In this document: one piece after another, positions 50,701 through 60,600 of the stretch
Layout of the letters: every line of letters begins with the position of its first letter
Position numbering within the stretch: position 1 is the first letter of the stretch
Source of the DNA: Protoeuglena noctilucae
Lineage: Eukaryota
Direction of reading: 5' to 3'
Length of the DNA: 64,000 nt
Assembly (NCBI GenBank): GCA_958009085.1
Contig: OY253672.1
Span: 558,001 to 622,000, forward strand
Made by a program: the position numbers and the translations under genes
Notes under the pieces: model-generated
The model's input: only the letters and a program-made list of their open reading frames with translations
Databases searched by the model: none
What the model was told of the DNA's origin: nothing

Positions 50701-52756
50701 GGGGGTGATCCCCACACACTCGCGCCAGCCCAGCGCGTCCTCTGCTGTGTGGTCCCGCGGCGCGTGGGCCGGGTACAGCCCTCGCCCGGCGCCGTGTCTC
50801 GCCGCGAGCGTCTACCCTTATGTGGTCACCGCGGACGAGGCGCCGTCCATCTTCGGGGCGCCGCCGGCCTCGTGCCCCTACCCGCCCAGGGCGGGGTGGT
50901 GTACCCCACGCCCGTTATCACGGCGGCCTTCGCGCTCACGGCGCGCCCGGCCCCGCCGCCCCGGCCCCCGCCGCGCAAGAGCTCGGGGGGCGTTGTGGGG
51001 GTGTCGCCGCGGCAGCCGCCCCCGCCCCCTCCGCGGTCTCCGTGCTCCCCGCCGCCCTCTTCCCGCGTGTCCGTCCACTCCTCCACCAGCCAGCTGCCCT
51101 CGCGCGCCCACAGCCGCACGCCCTCGGGCCTCCCGCCCGGGGCGCGCACCGCCTCGGACGCCGCCCACCTCCACCCGGGCCTGGCAATGCTGGAGGGACC
51201 CCACATGCTCGGCCCGGCGCCCCTCGGCCCGGTGGACCTGCTCGAGAAAGACTGGAGCGCGTTCGCGGTGCTGCCGCAGGACGCGGACGGCTCCCGCACG
51301 CCCCGCCGCGTGCCCCGCCGCTCGCTGGCCGGGGTCGCGCTGCCGCCCGGCGTGGGCGTGGACCAGCCCCTGACGATCGAGTTCACTGACTCAGAGACCG
51401 GGGCGGAGTCGGGGGAGGAGCGGGACGCGTGCGAGCGCGGCGTGGGGCCCTCGGGCGGAGGGGCGTGGCGCGTGGCGCGGCGGGTGGGCGGCGCGGGCCT
51501 CCTGGGCCCGCAGCTGGAGCCCCTGGTGTCGATCCAGGGCCGCATCGCGGCGAGCTCGACGAGGGAAGTCGCGCCGCGGCTGGAGGACGAGGAGGGCAGC
51601 GGGGCAGCGGCGGGCGGGGCGGACCGTGCGGCGGGCAGCCAGGCGACGCCGTCCACGGGGCACTACAGCTGCCGAGGGGTGGACGACACGAGCAGCGACG
51701 CGCGCAGCCAGGCGGCGCTGGAGGGGTCCGAGCCCGCCATGGAGGACGGAGGAGGGTCGCTGCAGGGGTCGGCCAGCGTGTGCCAGGTGGGGGGCTTGGC
51801 GGTGGGCTTGGCGCCTATTGTAAGCGTCAGTTGTAAGCGTCTCCTGTCTCAGTCTCCAAACATGTGCGACGAGATGTTACGATGTGATGCTACTTTTAGC
51901 GACTGCAGGCCGACTCGGATGCGGAGGCGGATGCGTTAGACGGGCGGCAGGCGGAGGCTGGGGCGCTCAACCGGTCTCTCATCGCGCTCTTCAGCCCCCC
52001 TGGGACCATGCACGGGGCTGAGGAGGACCGGGTCTTCAGCGACGCGGACCTGCTCAGGGCGCTGCTCGCACGCAGGTGACGACTGCGACGATGAAACTAG
52101 TCACAAGCCGATCACGCTTCTGTCGCACACGCGAGCATGTCGTGTCGGCCCAGCCCTCGGCACCCCTCTCACCACTCCACCCCGCTCCCCTCGCCCGCAG
52201 CAACCCCAGCGACGCCACCTCGTCCGCGTCGGAGCTCCTGCGCACGGCCGCCACCGCGCACCTCCTCTACGTCTCAAACGGGTCCGACCCCGCGTCCCCA
52301 CCACCCACGGCCCGGCACGCGGCGCGCGGACCGACGCCCGCGCCCGCCCCGCCCCCGCCGCCGCCCCCCGGGTCCGCCCGGGGCCCCCGCCACATGCGCA
52401 ACGTGAGCACCATCAGCCACACGAGCCTCGACGCGGGCGCCCTGGCCCAGGCGGTGCGGGCCACGGCAGATGGGGTCCTTGCGGTCCCCGGCCACGCCTC
52501 GAGCATGCCGGCAGCCACGTCCCCGCCCCCGTCGCCCGTGCACCCGTCGGTGCTGCCGGCCGTGCCCCCGCCGCCGCCCCCCCGCAAGGGCAGCGGCCAC
52601 CTCCCCGCCTTCTTCAGCCTCCCCGCCACCCCCGCCGACGGCGTCGTATTCCTTCCCTTCCCCACGGAGCCCCTGCCCCCTCCGCCGCCCCGGCGCGCCG
52701 GCTGGGTTGACCGCCACGCGCCCTCTCTCAGCAGCGACGGCGTGCCGCTGTTATGA
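47740..52756 (+). CDS. MORN-repeat protein with an N-terminal hydrophobic leader, a central TM helix and a long disordered Pro/Ser-rich tail
   Basis: YTGGVDAEGRPHGLG, YEG|EFEHGLRQGRG and YSGDWNGDVRSGFG are MORN repeats. VVVVLVLVTSVVLPILA followed by KRKRGK is the TM segment. Downstream exons join in phase, but a single-gene model is an inference. Confidence 0.65.
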
Positions 52757-53536
52757 GACGATGCTGTCGGCCTCCGGCCTCCAACCGTGATCACACTGTT
52801 GGAGGCTGGCGACTCGACTCTCCCACCCCTCGTGCCCCTTTGCTGTTTGTGGAGGAGTCGTGCTCCCTTGTTGCCGGGCCTTGGGACGCCAGAGAATCTT
52901 TGCTTGTACCGCCAGTAGCGCCTGCTGCCTGCTGCCTGCTGCATCCCCAGTCATTCGACCCAGCTGCGCGTAGCCCCTCGGTTACCCTTCCGGGCCCACG
53001 GCGCCCCACCTGCCTAACCCCAAGAGTTGCCGTGCGGGCCGCCCTTGCCGGCTGCAGGCCCCGGGGCGCCGCGTTATGCGTAGCTCGGTGAGATCCTAAG
53101 CCCGCTTGCCACCCACGTCGCCGAGGGTCCTCACCCTCCCTCAGTCAGCGCCTGGGCTTGGCAAGCGCTCCGCTTGTGACAGTGCGGGAGCCGACGCTCC
53201 TAGCCTCGTAGCATTGGATTCGCAAAAGCCCCATTGAACGGGCGCTATGAGACTGACAGGCCCGCGCTCAGCAGACCGAAACGTAAGCTCTGGCAGAGCG
53301 CGACGCATCCGCGGCGACTCACGCGTGCCGCCCAACGCAACAACCCCGGACCTAGTAAATGAGACGGACTGCAACTCGGCACTGCGACTCGGCAGTGTCC
53401 ATGTCCATGAGGCAGCAGAGGGTACAGAGAGCGAACAGGGCACACCCAAGTGTCCTCATGGACTCTTCAATGCCCTCGAAAGTCGTCTCCGCTGTTGCGT
53501 CGTCCCTTAAACTTTTGATAACTGCATCGCAGTTCC

Positions 53537-56500
53537 TCACGACTGGCGCAGCTTGGTGGGGTCGGTGCATGGCCCCACGTCCATAATGACCTCCCGATGG
53601 TGGCTCCACACGAGCCGGATGGCCTCGGGTGTCCCGATGCCGGCGTTGCGGGGGTCGCCGCCCGGGCCGAACCAATGGTTCTGGGGGGCACCCGTGGTGC
53701 GGGCGCTGCGGGGGGCGAGAGGCGCAGGTGCTTGGGGTGGGGTGCTCGCAGTGACAAAGGCGTGACGCTTGCAATGAGCAGGGGTGCAGCGAGACGAGGC
53801 AAGAGCGTAATAGGCGGAGCACAAACAGGCGGATTATAGACGGGCGGATCACTGGCAGCGTGATATGGCCAGTGAGGCTGAGCGTGGCGCCGCGCTCCGT
53901 CCACCGCCTGCCCCCCGCCCGCTCGCTCACCGGATCCCCGCGTAGGTGGTTCCGTTGACGGTGTTGGCGACGATGTGGTTGATGAACTCCATGTCCCTGG
54001 ACACGATGGCGGCCGTCAGGTGGTTGGTCATCCGCTCGCAGCACTCGAGGACCCGGGGCGCGTCACGATCGCCGTACTGCGGGGCGAGACCGGAACGTGC
54101 TACTGGAGACCTATATGTGCTGGCGTCATTGTCGAACACTGGCGTCGAACACTGGTGTCGGAACCCAGCACGCGTGTACTATCAGGTGCGGTGGGCAGCC
54201 CAGGTCCACAACACGCCTGCAAGCGCCCATCCACGCCAGCTCCACACACACCTCAGTGACCACTTGGAAAGGCCCGAAGAGCTCCGTGGTGCAGAGCTCG
54301 AAGGTGGCCTTGTCGCGGAGCATGGTGTCCAGCGGCACGAAGACAGCGGTGGGCTCCACGGCTCCGTAGCACTCCGGGATGGTGTGGCCCTGCAGGGGCT
54401 TGCCCCCGAAGAGCACCTTCGCGCCCGGGAGGTCCGCGAGGGCCTTCACGTGCTTGAGGATGCGGTCGGTGGTCCACGTCAGCACCGGGCCCACCGTCAG
54501 GTCGTCCAGCGAACGCTGCGAGAGGGGCGAATGGGTGAGTTGTGATGCGCACGCTTGTGATACGCATGGTGGACTGGCTGTGTTTGGATGTGCGATGGGC
54601 GCGTGGTAGAAAGGGGCCCTGGCTAGGGGGTGGAGTGAACTGGGTGTCACAGCCGGGTGGCGGTGGATAGTACTAATGTGAATGTACTATTGTGGGGTGG
54701 TTGATACAATGCATTGTTCACCTTGGCCGCCAGCGTCCTGACCTCGTCCAGGATGCCCGCCTTGACCCAGTTGGAGTGCGCGAACAGGATGCTCTGCGCT
54801 GAGCACTTCTGACCGATGGATGCGTAGGCGTCCTGGTCGCACTGCCATGCCACGTAACGCATGTCTGCGGGTGAACAGGATAGACGGGTGGTGCTTGCAT
54901 GATGCAAGGCGAAGCATCGAGTGCAAAGCGCTGTCACGTTCCTTGTTAACAGTGAGGGATGAGGCAAGATGCGCAGTGGATAGGACAGACGTGTACGCAC
55001 GCAGAGCTCAGTGCTGGGGCAGTGCAGGTGCACAGGGCAGACGCACACGCACGCAGGGCCCAGCGCTGGGAGCCACGACGCCCATCCCAGTATCGTTTCA
55101 CTGCATCCAACCCCTACACATGAGCGCCCAGTGTCCCCCGCCGCACTCACTCATCCCAGTCTCGTCTCATGCACCCCACCCCACCCCTTAGCATTCAGTG
55201 TCCACCACCGCCCTCACCGCTGACGTCGGGACCCAGGATCTTCCAGTCGAACCCCGCGTCCTCCGAAAAGACCTTGCCGCCCAGCACCTGGCACAGACGC
55301 TCCGCCACCCTGCGTGCGTTGGACGGTTATAACCACTGTGGAACTTGCAGGGCCGCTAGCACCTCTTATTCTCCATGAACGTTGTCCTCAACCTCACTGC
55401 ATTTTATACCACCCACGAACAAAACCCACGAACAAAACCCCTTGTCGGCCCCCTCACCTCTGGCTGCCCGTGAAGAGCGTCGACCGCGCCTTCCCCTCCG
55501 TCAGCACCCGCTCCACGCTGGGCCCCGTGCCGTGCAGGTAGTCGAGGTCCTCGGCCGGCATCCCGCAGTGGATGGCCAGGTGGAGGAACTCCTCGAAGAC
55601 GGCAGACACGCGGTGGTCGACGTGCACGGTGGGGCGGTTGCCCATGTACAGCGCGCCCATCACCTGCGGTGGGGTGGGGGGATGAGGGTAGAGGGAGTGG
55701 GGTGAGGACGGGGAGAGTGGGAATGCGGATGCATGTTGCAGGGGTGGTTGCTCATGTACAGCGCACCCATGACCTAAGAGGCGGGGTCATGGTGCATGGT
55801 CACGAACGCAAAGGGTGGGGTGGTCGCGCAAGTTGCGGCCGGCTGCATGGTTGGCCATCTAATGCATGTTTATGTACATTTGCTATTACAGACGCCGTCG
55901 CTCGCCTGGAGTGCGGGAATCTCGAGGGGGAAGTTGAAGGGGGTGATGAGGCCGACGCCCCCGAAGGGGAACCGGTGGCCGTGCGACATCTGGCCCCAGT
56001 GGTCGCCGGGGACGCCGAAGCTGCGCGCCAGGAAGCGCACGTTGTCCCCGGCGAAGTTCTCCAAGAACTTTCTGCGGGAGACGCAAACGGCGGGGCAGTC
56101 TGCGACTGCAACTTCGCGCCCAGTGCTTTCCCAACACACGCGCCTGCACCCAGCCCGCTGCAGCTCGCACCTGGTCACGACCACCTCTCCCAGGCACTGC
56201 GCCCGGCTCTTGGGCACGACGCGAGCGATGAGGTCGGCGAAGAAACCCTCCACCTCCGGACGCCGCATCTGGGCCGCCAGCTTTGCCGTCACGTCGCCGT
56301 AGAGCAGGTATCGCTCCGGGTTCTTGAAAGGGTTGTGCAGCCCGCTGCGAAACGAGATAAGAAAGAAAATGTAACGTTCCATGAAGCTTTGAGAGCGTCC
56401 GGGGCTGCTAAATGAACCGGGCGAGTCGTGATAACTAGCACGCACCTCTTCGGCACGCCCGCGAGGTTCTTGATGAAGGAGTCGAGCTCCGGGCCCTTGG

Positions 56501-57024
56501 GATCGGGGACTTGGACTAACACGTGCCTGCGATCGAGGACCGGGCGCTGCTCGGACGCAGGCGCGGCGCGGGTACGTGCGTTTGCGTGGCCACGCCGAGG
56601 CAGCCGCGGGAGGGCCTCACCCGCGCATCGGATCCAGCACGTCTTTGTATTCCTTGGAGTCTTGCCACTTGCCGCTCACTGCGCGCATCCAGGGCGACGG
56701 AGATCGCGCGCCCCCGCCTAACCATCACGAGACGGGGCTCGGGCAGGACGGTCGCTGCCGGCGGTCACGGTACCGCGCACGCGCGATCGCTCGCCACGTG
56801 GCCATGAAGTGGCGAGGATGGACTGCTCTAGGCCGCGTTATATGGCCCGGGGGGACGCGAGGAGCTCGCGGAGGGGGAAACGCATCAATGAGCTCACCCA
56901 GGTTTTGGAGGCGATGGGGGTTCGCGTCACCCATGCTCCCCGGTTCGCACGTCGCCCATGATGCAATCAGACGTGCATGCGCGACGCGCCTTGCCCGCAG
57001 GGCGCGCCCTGCCGTCGCGAGCAT
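53537..57024 (-). CDS. P5CDH: Mitochondrial delta-1-pyrroline-5-carboxylate dehydrogenase (ALDH12), about 11 exons
   Basis: GLHNPFKNPERYLLYGD, RKFLENFAGDNVRFLARSF, ITPFNFPLEIPALQ|VMGALYMGN, TLFTGS, EDAGFDWK, GQKCSAQS (catalytic Cys), ELFGPFQ and TTGAPQNHWFGP. Confidence 0.97.
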
Positions 57025-57657
57025 TGCTGCCGTGTGTCGGCAGCGTCGACGGGCGAAGTACACAGGGAGTACGCTGCAGGTCTAAAACAACGCTTCTTTC
57101 CACCTCTGGGCCAGCGCAGGGGGGCCGAGGCCGATGAGCGAGTCGGTCAGTCCGCCAGTCAGACTGGAGAGGTCGCGAGACCGATTGACTGCTCCCCGCC
57201 ATCCGGGCGCTGGACCTGACTAGGGGGTGGGTGCCCTGTGCACAGGACCTTTCTTTTCGACCCGCTAGTCGTCGCCGCATCTAACAGCGCGCAGCTGCCC
57301 GGGGGAGCACACGTGGCGCTCTCCGTGACCTTTGCGCACTTCCAGCTGCATCACACTGCAGCGTTGACTGGCCTGGCGTCACGTTGGCCACAGGTACCTT
57401 TGGAGGGAGACCTCGGTGGCATTGCTGAGCTTGCGAAAGGGGCGCACCATCCAGCGCGTGGCCAGCCAGACACAATAGGATACAATGGACAGCCGCGTAT
57501 TGCGGGAGAGGGCATCGGATTTGCCTGCTCGCGTCCGGGCACTTGAACATGTTTTCACTACAAAGTTGCGAGCCGCGGCGCGCCCAAGTCACCCGCAGGA
57601 GCCCAGGCGCGGTCCGGAGACTGGTAACGCCAGGGACTTTCCGGGCGGGTCCCCGCC

Positions 57658-60600
57658 ATGTCCATCTTCTTCCAGAATGTGCTCGACGTGCAGCACCCGC
57701 GCGCCCTGGCCCTCCTGGCGGGGAAGGGGGGCCCAGGGATCGTCGCGGTCGCCCTCCCGGGCGCAAGCGTGGCCCTCTATACACTGGTGACGAGCTCCAG
57801 CGCACGCCCCGCCCGCCTCGCGTGCTCTTGGATCTCAAATCCCGCCATGCCGATCGGCATGGACGCCTCGCAGCGCCTGCGGAGCGCCCGCGCTGCTTCC
57901 TTTTCGGGCCCAGCACCTCATGTATGCCCCATCGCATCTTTCCGCAGGACTGCCAGCCGCTGCTGCCCGGAAAGGAGGCCCCCATCACCAACACGACCAT
58001 GCAGCCTTGCGCGGCGCTGGCCTGGTGCCCCCGTGGGAGGCTCCTCGCCGTCGCCTGGTCCGACGGCGGGGTCGCGCTGTGGTCTGACGGCGACCGGCGG
58101 CAGCAGTGAGTCCGCAGGCCCCGCCGGACGCTCCCAAGTGCCGCCCCATTGCACACGCCCATTGTTGCTCCCCACCACCCTTTTCTGAGACCTGACGTGC
58201 CTCTGTCGCGCTCGCTCGCAGCGAGGAGCGCAAGGGCCACTCGGCCCGCATCACGGCCCTGAAGTGGACGGCGGACGGTGAGCGCCTGGTGACGGGCGAT
58301 GCGGCAGGGACGCTCACGGTGTGGGAGGCAGAGGGCCTCCTGCGGCCCGTGATACGGGCGCAGTACAAGGAGCCGGGCACCGTCATCGACCGCATCGTCG
58401 TCGGCGCGCCCTCCTCTGCCCCCGTCGAGGTAAGTCGTTGATGGATGGGTGGGAGCGTGACGGGCGGTGTAGCAGTGCAGGGCTGGTCTGACCGTCACAT
58501 GGCTCGAACATAACACGTGGCCCTTAACAAGTGGCTTAGAACACAAGGTCCATGCTGGCAATGATGACACGGCATTTGTCTGATGGGTTAGAATCTTAGG
58601 TCTCAGGTCATGTCTCCCTCTGTCTCTGCCGCCTTTGCAGTTTCAGGAGGACGGTGCCGGGTCGGACACCCCCCCCAAGGCCCTGGCCATCTACACGGCC
58701 TTCAGTGCGGACGACGGCGACACGCGCGTGTTCGCTGCCAACGACCAGGGCAACCGCATGCGGCTGTTCAAGTGCCGGGGGCAGGTCAAGGCGCTGCACT
58801 GGCACGAGAGGTGAGGATGCGTGTTGATGGAGGTGCCGACGCTAAGGTAACGAGGCGTGAAGCCATCGCATGCATGTCGCTTGGCGACAAGGCGTGAGGC
58901 CATCTCGTGTATTCCCATTATACAATGGCGTTTGCTCGACACGCTCGGCTGGGTGCAACCCACCGCACCGTCTCTTAGCAGCGCATGATGCATCGCTGCC
59001 GCAGACAATCCCACGTCACCACACATCTCCGCATCCCTCTTCCCCACCCCGCCACCCGCAGCCGCCAGCAGGCGATCGTGGTGGACGCCACCGGCAGCCT
59101 CGCCATCTGGACCGCGGGCGTGGATGGCTGGGAGTGCGCCTCCTCGGTGCAGATCCCCGGCGTCGCTGCGCTGCAGGTGGGCGCGCGATACGCCTTGTGT
59201 GCCTGGTCCGAGCGTGTCCTGCCTGGGCCGGCCAGTGTCCGTTGTACCGGCGTCACTCCGTCGTGGTTGTCATCACCTGCGCTGTTGACCTATGCTGCCA
59301 TGGTCCCTCAGCTGTCGTGCCTCCCACTGCCGAGGCCCTTCAGCCGCTCTCAGCCGCCTTTCTCCACTCCCTGCCTCCCTCCCCTGCCCCGCAGGCTGGC
59401 GACCCCGTCACCTTCTCGTGCGTGTGGTGCGGCGCCTCCACTCTAGCCATCGCCACCCCCGACGAGGCCGTGCTGCGTCTCTACCAAGCAGACACGCAGG
59501 ACAGCTACAAGCTGGAGTTGCCCGACGTCGTGCATGTGCCGGGGATGGTGACCTACCTGACGTCAGTCTCGTCGGACCCGGACGGGGGGGTCATTGCCGT
59601 GGGCACCAGCACGGCGCACGTGGTCACGTGGGCTTGCCCCGCGCAGCCGGCGGCGGAGGTGGGCGAGGACCACGAGGCGCACGACCCGGCCATGGGGTGG
59701 CAGCTGCAGGTGCGGAGGAGGGGGGGGTTGTTGTTGGGGGGTAGGGGGGTGAGGGGGGGTGGGGGGGGGGGGTGGTAGAGCGGGTGGGGGGGGTATGGGG
59801 GGAGGGGTGGTGGTGGTGGGGATGCGAGGATGGTGGTGGCAGCTGCAGGTGCGGAGGGGGGGGGGGGGGGGGGTAGTATGGGGGGATGGTGGTGGTAGTG
59901 CAGGTGCGGGGATGGGGTGGCAGCTGCAGGTGAAGGGGGGGTGGGGGGTGTTGTGTGGGTGCGGGGTGGCAGCTGCAGGTGAGGGGTTAGGGGGGTGGGG
60001 GGGTGGGGATGGTTGCAGGTGCTATGGCAGGTGCCCGATTGCAGCTGCGGGTGCAGGATGTTAAGTGCGTCGTGCGTTCGCTTCGGCTCCCTTCGACCTC
60101 AACATCTCCCATGTCTTCCACTCCTGTCGCAGGGCGCTCATCAGTTCGACGAGAGGGTGGAGGACATCGTGGTGGGCCCCGGTGGGCAGTGCCTGGTGGC
60201 CGACTGCACCTCGAGCGTGACGGTGCTGAGGAGCGCGCCCCCCGTGTGCAGCATGGGGGCGGGGCTGGCCTGCGTGCAGATTTCCGCCACGGAGGTAAGG
60301 GGCGGTGTGTGGTGTGGTCGTGGGGTGACGGTTTGGCATAGGGTGCGTGAGTTGGAGTACCGCTCCCACTCCCACCATTGCCACACCACCAGTGTTACCA
60401 CTCCCACCCCCACCACCCAATACCACCACTCCCGTTCCCACTCACACTGCTACCCTCACTTCCCTCACCAGCACACCCACCACCCTCACCCCCACCACCA
60501 CCCTCTCACCAGCCCCTCACCACCCCCACCCCCCCCTCACCACCACCCCCCCAGCTGTCGGTGGACGTGGACCGCGGGGGCAACGGCATGCAGGTGGAGA

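Noticed and set aside
56500..56625. Apparent in-frame TAG in P5CDH, suggesting TAR=Gln recoding as in some ulvophytes
   Set aside because: The correct phase-2 splice (GG|G CAC GTG) removes it. Genes in the window end in TAG, TAA and TGA, consistent with the standard code.
58555..58590. Possible C/D-box snoRNA (ATGATGA...CTGA) in an IFT140 intron; a similar ATGATGA occurs at ~9050
   Set aside because: The boxes are too close together or the D box is missing, and there is no terminal stem.
59691..60060. Repeat-spacer pattern resembling a CRISPR array
   Set aside because: It is a eukaryotic intron with irregular low-complexity spacers, the repeat is the gene's own splice junction, and there are no cas genes.
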